In this document: positions 30,444-42,669 of the stretch, piece by piece
Position numbering within the stretch: position 1 is the stretch's first letter
Layout of the letters: each line of letters starts with the position of its first letter
NCBI RefSeq assembly: GCF_009914755.1
Contig: NC_060939.1
Source of the DNA: the human T2T-CHM13v2.0 reference genome, Homo sapiens
Reading direction: 5' to 3' (one strand)
Length of the DNA: 64,000 nt
Program-made: the position numbers and the translations under genes
Notes under the pieces: model-generated
Database searches by the model: none
Seen by the model: the letters and a program-made list of their open reading frames with translations, nothing else
What the model was told of the DNA's origin: nothing

Positions 30444-30887
30444 GAAAATTAATATGGAAGAAACTATACTCTGTGGAAGATTAACCAACTTACAGGGATG
30501 GATTGGGGCAGGTATGAGACCAAAGGGAAAAAGACCAATTGAGAGGCTACAGAGTTAGTACGGGATAGGAATTAAAGGTTCTCATGCTTTGGAGAAAATC
30601 AGGCTTCTGTATATATAAACCTCAAACTTCTAACAAGAATCAACACTGCAGAGAAGAGTTCGCCATTCAGTGGGATGCACCTAATGCAATGAGGGAAGCA
30701 AGGGTACCACTGAGGTTGAGAAAAAGACAAAAAGACCTACCCAACCCTAAGAGTGGCAATGGAAGCTTTTAGTTCCATATGACACTAAGAGCTGTGTGTG
30801 ATGACAATGAACAAGAATTTCTTGTATATTGCAAACTAATTAGAAGAGTATATTTTGAATGTTCCCATCACAAAGAAATGATAAATG

Positions 30888-31050
30888 TAGCTGGGCATGG
30901 TGGCACACACCTATATGGCTACTCAGGAGGCTAACACAGGAGGATCACTTCAGCCTAGGAGTTTGAGGTTGCAGTGAGCTTTGACTGCAAGACCTAGCAC
31001 TCTGGGGTGACAGAGTGAGACCCCATCTCACAAAAAAAGAAAAAGAAGAA
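30888..31050 (+). mobile_element. Alu right monomer inserted in an L1 3'-end fragment (~30820-31165)
   Basis: tagctgggcatggtggcacac...gacagagtgagaccccatctc; flanks aagaaatgataaa; L1 motif gaatgttcccatcacaaagaaatgataaat. Confidence 0.8.
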
Positions 31051-32799
31051 GAAATGAAGAAATGATAAAATTGGAAGTGATGGATATCCCTGGGTTTATT
31101 ACATATTGTATGCTGGTAACAAAATATCACATGTACTCCACAAATATGAAGTAGTCTCTATAAAAATTTTTAAATTAATTAATTTCACATGGCTGTCAGG
31201 AACATTAAACAAATTAAGTTTTAAAAAGTGAGTGACAACAATGTCAAATACTCTAAAGAAGTCACAGAGGAGTAAGAATGAAAAATAGGGAGTAAATATG
31301 GTGATATGTTCATAACAGATAATCTTTAAAAGAGGAATGTTAGTTGGTAGGTGGGGGCAATACTCAAAAGGTAAAGAAATGAATCACAATAAAGCTGGTA
31401 GCAAACACTTTTTACAAATGTTAATGGTAAAAAGGAAGACAAGAAATAAGGAAAACAGGCAGTTGGGACAAACTGTCCTCTTCCAAAAAATTTTTTAAAT
31501 ACCTGAAAATGTTTGTAAGCAGAAGGAACCATATAGAGAGAAAGAGATGAAGATCCAAGTTAACTGAATATGGTCATGGTGAACTGGGGGAGAAAGGACA
31601 GTTAATGGGGAAGTGAGACATGTTAGATTTTTAAGATTAATGTCTGATTGAAGGTAACAGGAAAAATACGTGGGGTTGAAAAGAGTTAATTTTAGGAAAA
31701 ATAAAAAGGATGACCTACAATTGACTAATTAATAGGCCAAGTTAACAACTGAGAAACTAAAATAAAATCTTTAGGGTACTGAAGAAGGATTAAACAAATG
31801 TTGCAGGTAAAAATAAAGAGATCTTTTTTAAAAAAATAAGACCTAATCAGAATTAAAGTTTTTGAAATCAGAGTTGACTAAATCAAGGACCATTTGATAG
31901 TCTAGAAGTGAGCACAGAGGAAGTTCAAAAGAGAAGAGGTTCAAATCTTACCTTGGCCTTTATGCCAGTGAGCATGACTAAAGATGTAAAGGATTCTAGG
32001 ACAAAAAGCCACAATCAAAACAGATGATCCTGAGAGTAAGGTTGACTACAAAATTAAGATGGGTGCTACTAGGCTGGAAAAAGGAGTCAAAGCCCTGAAC
32101 ATCATGGGGTAACGGAAATCCAAAAGGAATGAACAGTTTATAGGAAGAGATTTAAATAGTACTGTAGTTTCAAGAAAAAAAAAGACAATATATGAACTTA
32201 AAAGTTGATGTGAAATGCTGGCACTAAAGAAGCAAGATACCATGAGGTCAGGCCAACCATGAAGACATGGGAAAACCGAGAGAAGTGCTGAAGCCACCAA
32301 AAAAGGTAGAAGAATCCTTGAAAGCAGTAGTTGATAATGACCAGCAAGTAACAGAGAAGTCATGTGTAATCTGCAAGAAAGTCACTTATAATACATTAAT
32401 TCTAATTTTAAACAAAAACTGAACAAACTTACTTTGAATAAGCAAACTCTCAGGTTTATATCTAAACAACTTTTGCCTACTTAAAAAAAATACAAACCCA
32501 TTCTGAAGGAATAAAGTATTCCCCTAATGAGATCTAAAAATGAAAATAATGCAGACTCTGAAGGCTTTTCCTAACATAGTGTAAATAGTAAGTACTCAAA
32601 TAATCTAAGTTGAATGAATTAATGAAAAAGAATTCCAAAAGTGGCATCATGGTGGAATGGTGTCTCATTTTCACTGAATGGATGCAAGTATAGATGGCCT
32701 GACAGATGGATAAAAAGACAGTTGGAATACAGAAAGAGAAACAGACTCCACTGAAAATCTTAAAGTCTCTCAAAGTGACTGCTTTAAAGAGGATGACGC

Positions 32800-32859
32800 C
32801 ACTACAGCCTGGGCGACACAGCGAGACTCCGTCTCAAAAAAAAAAAAAAAAAAAAAAAA
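32800..32859 (+). mobile_element. Extremely 5'-truncated young Alu (36 nt plus A24)
   Basis: cactacagcctgggcgacacagcgagactccgtctc plus A tract, flanked by direct repeat gaggatgacgc (32789-32799, 32861-32871). Confidence 0.88.
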
Positions 32860-32936
32860 GGAGGATGACGCTCATGAGATTACAAGTATTTATTTAGTAA
32901 ATATATTTAAAAATTTAAAATTCTGTTGGAAAGTAA

Positions 32937-33282
<346 letters not shown>

Positions 33283-33532
33283 GAAAAACTATTACCCTAA
33301 CAAACCTATTCTAATTTCATTAGCTTAATTTTTCTTACAATTTTAGTCCCATAATTTCTAGTTACTATGCTGAGAAATAGGACCAGGCAATATCCTAAAA
33401 GTTCCTTATTGTTAGATCCTTTTAGCTCCTTGAAGAGAAAAACTGGCTTCTAATAGGATAACTTTGTTTTTGAAACAGAAACTTGCTGAACTATAATTTT
33501 AATTGGCAATTTACACATTTAATTCATCTTAC

Positions 33533-33673
33533 CTCATCATATGATTTACATAGGCTTTGCTACAGCTAGTGTTGTATCTGCAAAAACTACAGTGGACGTA
33601 CGTAGGAAAGTGGTTTGCAAAATCTTTTATTTCGGAACAACACTCAATGCATTTGTGAATGCCCCGACGATAC
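33533..33673 (-). CDS. ZNF280D: ZNF280D coding exon 10/15 ([12 protein letters not shown]...[20 protein letters not shown])
   Basis: ccctaag|GTAT acceptor (AAG type), AG|gtaaga donor; 141 nt, phase 2->2. Confidence 0.94.
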
Positions 33674-33816
33674 CTTAGGGAGACATTAAAAAAATGATAA
33701 AAATATATTTTAAAACAAAAATAATAAGGAAGAGCCTTAATAATGTTCTCTTAACTAAAGTATAAGTTTTTATACTTAAGTTTAAATTATATTGTATATC
33801 AGGAATAAAAGATTAC

Positions 33817-34124
33817 CTTAAATTCCTCAATGCTGTATTGACTTTACTTTTTTTATTGCTACTAGCCAATGTGCTTTGTTTCTTTTGCATATTAGAGATT
33901 TTTGGTTTGTATTTAGATTTACTTCCATTAGGCTTACTTGTATTAGGTTTACTTGCGTTGGATTTGATTGTATTAGGTTTACTTGTATTAGATTTTGCAG
34001 GATTTTTAGCAGTTATATTTTTAGTCCTTGGAGGTGAGAGCTGAAGGGTAGAAGCACTTGCACTAATGGAAGGTGTAGGTGAAGCTCCTGATTGCAGAGG
34101 TCCAACTGAAGCTCGAATAGTAAC
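33817..34124 (-). CDS. ZNF280D: ZNF280D coding exon 9/15 (VTIRASVGP...Ser/Lys/Asn-rich linker...NTALRNLR)
   Basis: ttgtag|GTT acceptor, AG|gtaatc donor; 308 nt, phase 0->2. Confidence 0.95.
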
Positions 34125-35960
34125 CTACAAAAATAAAGAGAAGATTTGCTTTAAGAGATTAATCAGTACATTAATATTAAAATATCATGGTACAAAAATA
34201 GTTAAAAATCAAGAATTTTGAAAAAAGCACATATAAACTACAATCAGGTAAGTCTCCCATTTATTCTAAATGTTCAAACTATTAAATGATATTAAACTTG
34301 ATATTAAGTTGTAATATTACATTTTTGTATTGATATCAGTTATATGTTAACACAGTTATCAGTGAATAATTAGGAGTTAATACAAATTATATGAATATAC
34401 AAAGAGCACATTCCATAGCTATTTTTATGCCCTGACTTAACTTTAAGAAATTCACAAACATAGAGCTCAAAATTTAAATCTCAAGCCTGAAAAATAATTC
34501 TAGAAAGGCCTAAATTACCCTTTAACAACTATAAAAGAAACAGATCTACAGTAAATGTGATCTCCTCTTTCCAGGGGCTCAGTGCCCAAGATTTATGCTT
34601 ACAAATGTTATGGGAGGAGTTACATCAATTTATTATACTGCATAGAGGGCTAAATAATATTCAGAAATTTCTTAAAGTAAACTAATACAAAGTTCATCAT
34701 TTAGTATTCAGAATGAGAAAATGTTTAATTTCATCTGTTGGTTGACAATGAAAAACACAAGTGCCTACCAACATTCTGGTTAATCATTTGACTATACCCT
34801 CCTCCGGTATTTGAGGAACAGTCAATAAGGAAGTCCTATGACATACATGTGCTTGGGTAACATACAATGGCACTGGACCAGGAATCAAAAGGCCTTCCTA
34901 GCCATGTGACCTTGAACAAGGAACTTATCCTCTCTATGATTCTTCACATCTATAACATGGGGCAATACCTGCCTTATTAACCTCAGTGGATTGTGGTATG
35001 AATTAGACAACAGAATGTATGAAAAAGTACACTGAAAGTCTAATTCTAAGGTGCTATAAAAACATTTAGTATCATTATCATTAATATTATTATTATTAAT
35101 AAGGGAAAAAATGAGAGAGGACTGCACTGCTTACATTAGTGTTCTGCATGTCTAGTCCCAACATGGAATGAATGGATTGCAGGGAAGGATGCTGGATAGC
35201 TTCTCTTGCTATCATGTCTTCAGAGCATGGCTTTATATTGTTTTAGTTAATTCAAATAACAGACATACCCACATTCAAAGGAAAGTACCCAAAGCCAAAA
35301 ATAAATGTTTTGGGGATTATTCACTTTGGATTATCCATGCCTCTGTTTCCCTCCACTGGAGCAAATATTCAAGAGCTGACTGTATATAAAGAAGTCAGAG
35401 AAAACAGATGTACATAAGGCAAAAAGGGAAAAGTAAATTACAATCATCAGTATGCAGTCAGACATGTGTTTGCTCACTTAAAACACAATGCTATCCAGCA
35501 GTAGAACTTGCTTCTCAGAGTAAACTCAGTAATAACAACTGCAACAAACATCTGAGAACTTATGGCACTCAAGGCACTGTACCAGATGCTGGGGACACAA
35601 AGATAAATAAAACATGATTCCTGATCTCAAGCATCTTATAGTTTAGCAACTAAAGTCAACATATACACTTTCAACTGAAAGCTCAAAAATAGCCTATAAA
35701 ATATTGAAACAACCCATTGACCCAGGAAAAGTTAATTGAGTTGTACTTTTTAAAAAGGACTACTACTCTAACCTAACAGCTATCACTGAACTCAAAACAA
35801 TGGTTAGAAGTTTTTCCTTCTACACATAAAATTAAAACCTAAAATTAGAGTCTGAGCAAAAATCTGAAGTCATTTAAAAATACATTCAATATATAAAGCC
35901 GGGCAGGAGTTAATTTCTATTATCATACAAAATGTTAAAATACAATATATTTTAACTCAC

Positions 35961-36095
35961 TTTTGTTCCAGGAGGCAATCCTTCTAGTTGTTTAGGTTTT
36001 ATAAATGTTCGATGGTGTTGAGTCTTATGATCCATTTTCTCCTTGCATGTCAAAAACTGCAGCCTGCATTTTGTACAACGATGTATTCCTTTTTT
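35961..36095 (-). CDS. ZNF280D: ZNF280D coding exon 8/15 ([14 protein letters not shown]...LEGLPPGTK)
   Basis: aaacag|AAA acceptor, AAA|gtgagt donor; 135 nt, phase 0->0. Confidence 0.95.
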
Positions 36096-36571
36096 CTGTT
36101 TAGAAAAAAACAGAAAAAGGGGGAAAAATAATTTCAAAAACTACAAATCCTGTGTCCTGAAACTGCTGACTTAATTTTAATGATACCTAAATAATGTAAA
36201 AACTTGCGGTTTAACATCTCCTATCATAATAATATAAAATGCCTCATTTTTTAAAAGTCATTACATTAGTATTTGGGTTTCAAAAGTGTTCGCTACTATG
36301 TAAGAACTGTACATGAAAGTTCTATCAATAGGTTCTAATAAAACTTCTATTAATTGTGGTGAGAAATCTCTTTCGATTATAAACTTGAAGTAAACACATA
36401 CTTTGAAAATGAGATGTACTACGTTTTTATCCTAGAAAAAGGAAATTATTTCTAATTTTTGCTATTTCTAGTTGGTTGAAAAGTTGGTAAAATAAATTAA
36501 ACTCTCTAAAACCAAATAAATCTAACCAGACATTTCAAAGAAGGTTATTTTATAGAAGTGGTTACATAAAC

Positions 36572-36778
36572 CAATGCTGTCCAATAATATCTCCTATGAT
36601 AATGAAATATTTGAGAGCTGTATTGTCCAACACAGTAGCCACTAGCCACATGTGGTTATTGAGCACCTGAAATGTGGCCACTGTGACTAAGGAACTACAT
36701 TTTTAATACTGTTTAACTTTAATTAATTTAAATCTAAAAAGCCATATGTGGCTAGTAGCTACTACATCAGACAATGTG
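36572..36778. mobile_element. MER3 (hAT-Charlie MITE)
   Basis: gctgtccaata...gtagccactagccacatgtggttattgagcacctgaaatgtggc...gccatatgtggctagtagctac. Confidence 0.8.
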
Positions 36779-36994
36779 GATGAAGAGGCATAAAACAGAA
36801 CAACTGAACTTACTGAGAACCCCTTGACTGAGTCCCTCCTCAAACCCAGTCCTGTCATTATTCTACAGATGGGAAATGGGACCCAAAAAAATGCTAAGGC
36901 ACTTCCCCATAGCTAGTTACTGACATTACCAGGGCCCTGATCCAGTGTTCTTTCTACTACAGATTATCAACTGCAATTTTTACCCTCATTATTT

Positions 36995-37111
36995 TATATA
37001 TATATATATTATATATATATATATATTATATATTATATATATATATTATATATATATTATATATATATATTATATATATATATTATATAATATATAATAT
37101 ATATATATATA
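36995..37111. repeat. Interrupted (TA)n microsatellite
   Basis: About 117 nt of only A and T, mostly alternating. Confidence 0.95.
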
Positions 37112-37277
37112 GTGGTTTTAGAGAAACCACTCTTTTGTAGTTATATGTTGTTTTACATATATATATATATACACATGCACACACACATAATTATACAACA
37201 TATAATTATAAAGGAATGCCTTATCTAAAGCTGTTATCTCTGCCAGATACATCACTATGTCCATTGAAATACAACTG

Positions 37278-39725
37278 TTTATTTATTTATTTATTAACTT
37301 TTAAGCTCAGGGAACATGTGCAGGATGTGCAGGTTTGATACACAGGTAAACGTGTATCCCGGAGGTTTTTTGTACAGATTATTTCATCACCCAGGCATTC
37401 ATTAGTTATTTTTCCTGATCCTCTCTCTCCTCCCACCCTCTGCCCTCTGGCAGGCCTAAGTATGTGTTGTTCCCCTCTATGTGTCTTGTGTTCTCATCAT
37501 TTAGCTCCCACTTATAAATGAGAAAACACGGTATTTTTCTGTTCCTGCATTAGTTTGCTAAGGATAATGGCCTCCAGCTCCATCCATGTCCCTGCAAAGG
37601 ACATGATCTCATTCCTTTCTTTGGCTGCATAGTATTCCATGGTGTATATGTACCACATTTTTTTCATCCAGTCCACCACTGATGGGCATCTAGGCTGATT
37701 GCATGTCTTTGCTATTGTGAATAGTGCTACAAAGAACATATGTGTGCATATGTCTTAACAGAACGATTTATATTCTTTTGGGTATATACCCAGCAATGGG
37801 ATTGCTGGGTGGAATGCTATTTCTGTCTCTAGGTCTTCAAGGAATTGCCACACTCTCTTCCACAATGGTTAATTTACACTCCCACCAACAGTATAAAAGC
37901 ACTCCTTTGCTCCATAACCTTGCTAGCATCTATTATTTTTTTATCTTTTAATAATAGCCATTCTGACAGGTGTGAGATGGTATCTCACTGTAGTTTTGAT
38001 TTGCATTCCCTAATGATCAGTGATGTTGAGTTTTTTTTCATATCATTGTTGGCCGCATGTATGTCTTCTTTTGAGACGTGTCCATATCCTTTGCCCGCTT
38101 TCTAATGGGGTTGGTTTCTTTCTTGTAAATCTGCTTAAATTCCTTATAGATGTAGATATTAGACCTTTGTCAGATGCATAGTTTGCAAAAATTTTCTCCC
38201 ATTCTGTAAGTTGTCTGCTTACTTTGTTGACAGTTTCTTTTGCTGTGCAGAAGCTCTTTAATTAGATCTCATGTGTCAATTTTTGCTTTTGTTGCAATTG
38301 CTTTTGGTGTCTTCATCATGAAATCTTTGCCTTTGCCTATGCCTATGTCCTGAATGGTATTGCCTAGGTTTCTTCTAGGGTTTTTATAGTTTTAGGTTTT
38401 ACATTTAAGTCTTTAATCCATCTTGGGTTAATTTTGGTGTATGATGTAAGGAAGGGGTCCAGTTTCAGTTTTCTGCCTATGGCCAGCCAGTTTCCCAATG
38501 ACCATTTATTGAATAGGGGAATCCTTTCCCCATTGCTTGTTTTTGTCAGGTTTGTCGAAGATCAGATGGTTGTAGGTGTGCGGTTTTATTTCTGGGTTCT
38601 CTATACTATTCCATTGTTCTATGCATCTGTTCTTGTTCCAGTACCAAGCTGTTTTGGTTACTATAGCCCTGTAGTATAGTTTGAAATCAGGTAGTGTGAT
38701 TCCTCCAGCTTTGTTCTTTTTGCTTAGGATTGACTTGGCTATTCGGGCTATTTTTCGTTCCATATGAATTTTAAAATGGCTTTTCCTAGTTTTGTGAAGA
38801 ATGTCCATGGTAGTTTAATGGGAATAGCACTGAATCTATAAATTACTTTGGGCAGTATGGCCATTTTCATGATATTGATTCTTCCTATCCATGAGCATGG
38901 AATGTTTTTCCATTTGTTTGTGTCATCTCTGATTTCTCTGAGCAGTGATCTGTTTAATAGTTCTCATTGCAGAGATCATTCACTTCCCTTGTTAATTGTA
39001 TTCCTAGGTATTTCATTCTTTTTCTGGCCATTGTGAAGGGGAGTTCATTCATGATTTGGTTCTTGGCTTGCCTGTTATTGGTATATAGAAAAGCTAGTGA
39101 TTTTTGCACATTGACTTTGTACCTTGGGACTTTGCTGAAGTTGCTTATCAGCTTAAGAAGCTTTTGGGCTGAGATGATGGGGTTTCTAGATATAGGATCA
39201 TGTCATCAGCAAACAAAGATAGTTTGACTTCCTCTCTTCCTATTTGAATGTGCATTGTTTCTTTCTTTTGCCTGATTGCCCTGGCCAGAACTTCCAGTAC
39301 TATGTTGAATAGGAGTGGTGAGAGAGGGCATCCTTGTCTTGTGCTGGTTTTCAAGGGGAATGCTTCCAGCTTTTGCCCATTCAGTATGATACTGGCTGTG
39401 GGTTTGTCATATATGGCTCTTATTATTTTGAGGTATGTTCCCTCAGTACCTAGTTTATTGAGAGTTTTTAACATGAAGAGATACTGACTTTTATCAAAAG
39501 CCTTTTCTGCATCTATTGAGATAATCATGCGATTTTTGTCTTTAGTTCTGTTTGTGATGAGTCACATTTATTGATTTGCATATGTCGAACCAACCTTCCA
39601 ACCTAGGGATAAAGCCTACTTGATCATGGTGAATAAACTTTTTGATGTGCTGCTGGATTCAGTTTGCCAGTATTTTGGTGAAGATTTTTGCATCGAGGTT
39701 CATCAAGGATATTGGCCTGAAGTTT
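37278..39725 (-). mobile_element. 5'-truncated primate L1 (older L1PA type): ORF2 RT/C-terminus plus 3'UTR
   Basis: ORFs 39148..39528 ([11 protein letters not shown]...[22 protein letters not shown]...[13 protein letters not shown]), 38506..38808 ([15 protein letters not shown]) and 37512..37739 (MWYIYTMEYYAA); frameshifted. Confidence 0.97.
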
Positions 39726-39935
39726 TGTGTGTGTGGTTTTTTTTGTGTGTGTTTGTTTGTTTGTTTGTTTTTGGCACAACCAATTATTTATAAAAATCAA
39801 GTGAAGTAATATATAAGGAAGTACCTAGCACAGTTACTGGCATACAGCAAGCACTTCATAAATGAAAGTTCTTTATAAAATTCAAAGCAATATATAAATA
39901 TGTGTTACAATTCTATTAATAGCTGGATCTTAAGT

Positions 39936-40028
39936 TTTTTTTTTCTTAACACAAGGTCTCACTCTGTCATCCAGGCTGGAATGCTGTGGTGCAGTCTTGG
40001 CTCACTACAGCCTTGACCTCCTAGGCTC
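39936..40028 (-). mobile_element. Alu right-arm fragment (5'-truncated, J-like)
   Basis: caaggtctcactctgtcatccaggctggaatgc...ttggctcactacagccttgacctcctaggctc; tcttaag flanks. Confidence 0.8.
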
Positions 40029-40189
40029 TTAAGACTATTTTACAAGTGTGATACATTGGATTACATCACAGGTACAGGCAATTTAAACAAATTCACTTAT
40101 ATGTGCTCAAGGAAGAAGAGAAAAACCAAAAAATAGATACCAAAACAATACAGCAGGTAAAAAGTTCACCAGAGTTGAGTTCCCAGAAA

Positions 40190-41222
40190 TCTTTTCTCTA
40201 TCTATAACCACTCAGTAGGTTACATCATCCAGTTTCATGGTTTTTAAATACCATCTATCCAAATGCCTACGTAACATTACTGCTTGATGTCTAATACGCT
40301 TCTCAAATCAACCTGAACAAAATTGAACTCGAGATTTCCTTCCTATATCCCTGTCCCCCTCCTACAAAAAAAAATCTGTTCCTTATTCAGTCTTCCCCAT
40401 ATCTCAGTATATGAAAACTCCATTCTTGCAACTGCTCAAGACAAAAAATTTAATCTCTTTCTCTTACATCTACTGTCAAACACATTAGTAAAACCTCTCA
40501 GCTCTAACTTCAAAACCATTCATAATCTTTCCACTTCTCATTACCTCGTTCAACGATTGCTACCATACTGGCCCAAGCCACTTACCTGGACTACTATAAA
40601 AACTTTCTATCTTCTCCCCCTAATATCCTTTCTTCTCTATGGACTTTTCTTTCCATAGCTGCCAGTAATAAAAACATGGCACATCTTTTTATATGCTTAA
40701 AAATGTCTAGTGCCTTTCCAAAGTCTTGGCTGTGGCTTACAAAGCTCCACATGAATTGGCCTGCATTCTATTGCTATAACCTCATCTCCTATTATTCTTC
40801 CTCCTATTAATTTACTCTGCTCCAGCCACACTGGCCTCCTTGCTATTCTTTGAGCATCCCAGGTATACACTCACCTCACTGCCTATATAATGTCACCTCT
40901 CCGAGGTAATTCACATGGCTTACTCCTTTATATCCTTCAGAGAGGCCCATGTTTGAACATTCTTTATACAACATCCTTTTTTGACCACTCCTGTACTCCT
41001 ACCACCTCCCCAATCTTTAGCACTCCTCATCTTCCACATTTTCTCCCACAGTACTTATTGCCAGCATATACATTCTAACACACACATACACAAATATATT
41101 ATCTTTCTCTACTATAATGTAAATTCCAGAGGGCACAAACTTGGTTTTGTTCAATGCTATATGATACCTAAAGCAGCCCCTAGCACATACTAAGGCACTC
41201 AGTAAATATTTCTTAAATGAAT
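40190..41222 (+). mobile_element. L2 LINE fragment
   Basis: tttaaataccatctat...tccagccacactggcctccttgctattctttgagc...ggcactcagtaaatatttcttaaatgaat. Confidence 0.75.
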
Positions 41223-41408
41223 AGTGAGGCAGAAAGCAAGAGATTAACAGAGAAAATGCATGTGAGTAGCATGTACAATTTAGTTCAAAATATCTGCCTT
41301 TTCATTCAATGAACATTTGCCCAGAGTCCTAAGGTAGAATACATTAATCTACCAGTTCCTTAGTTGGACTCAAGTCTTACACATCTCTTTTATGTATGCA
41401 TGCATCTC

Positions 41409-41578
41409 AATGCACTAAGGGTGATGAAGATACTTTTTTTTTATAACATTATGTTCAACAAAAGAAACAGTGATCTATTCCAAGAATAAATAAATATCTG
41501 TATTAAATTTTTTATAAGTATACTATATTGTTTGGGAGACTTGAGAGATTTACAGGTAATTCTTACTATATGTAATTT
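41409..41578 (+). repeat. Dispersed direct repeat, copy 1 (~170 bp; copy 2 at 42497-42669)
   Basis: Direct comparison shows 3 substitutions plus a T-run length difference. Confidence 0.95.
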
Positions 41579-42496
41579 CTACCTTTAGACCCAATGCCAA
41601 TGTGAAATCCAACTCTGGTAGAGCAGTAAAAGCTTGGATGCTAAGTCAAATTTTGACTCTGCCTTTATTAGACAATGTGACATTAGGCAAGTTACTTTCT
41701 CTAAAGCTCTGTTTCCTCATCTATAAAACTGAAATAATAATATACATCTAGTGGTTGAGAGGATTAAACAAGAAAATGCATGTAAAGTACCAGCTGCTGC
41801 CATAAGGTAAGTAATTAGTGTATGTTAACTGCTTGTTTTATTAAAGCTCTAATGAGCATATTTAACACATCTGGAATTTCTATCAATATTTCTTAAAAGT
41901 CACACAAACTGGGTTATTAACTCTAAAATCACTAAAGACATAATAATATAATCTTTAAAAAAAGTTACAACTGAGTTCTTCAAAGACAATAAAATGAGGC
42001 ATGGAGTCAACTATTCTGATTGTCTAATACTTTGGTAATAATGTTATCTCAACTACAAGTTTATAATCCCACTCAGCTATGGTTTTCCAGTCTTGTAAAT
42101 CATTACACAAATTGTAAATACCTTCAAAGATGCCCAATGATCCTTACTAATAGACTGCCCCCTCTTTACTGCTGGCTATCTACCTCCCAGGCACTCCAAA
42201 CAAAAAAGAAAATTGGCAGCCATGGCAAGTTAAAACATACAACTCAGGGCATGACAACTTGCTTATAAATCACACAGGCACATAGCAGGTCCCCAAATCT
42301 CTACCATAGTTACTATTCTTCCCACATCTCTATCTCACTCTATAGTTTGACAAAGCACCTGGGAAAGATTATGTTTAAAAACCCCATCGTGAACTAGAGC
42401 TACTGCTTTATACCTCATTCTCCCTTTCAAAATTAAAGTCCAAAGATGAAATACGGGGTATCAAGAATAGTGTTTCCCAAATTCTGTTCATAAAGA

Positions 42497-42669
42497 AATG
42501 CACTAAGGGTGATGAAGATACTTTTTTTTTTTTATAACACTATGTTCAACAAAACAAACAGTGATCTATTCCAAGAATAAATAAATATCTGTATTAAATT
42601 TTTTATAAGTATACTACATTGTTTGGGAGACTTGAGAGATTTACAGGTAATTCTTACTATATGTAATTT
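42497..42669 (+). repeat. Dispersed direct repeat, copy 2
   Basis: Same sequence as 41409-41578. Confidence 0.95.

Noticed and set aside
33838-34044. Plus-strand Leu-rich 68-aa ORF that looks like a membrane peptide (LLVLGLL repeats)
   Set aside because: It is the antisense shadow of the KSNTS/KPNTS repeat in the ZNF280D exon and starts at TTG.
37512-39528. Reverse-transcriptase-like ORFs
   Set aside because: They are fragments of a 5'-truncated, frameshifted L1 ORF2, neither an active element nor a novel RT system.
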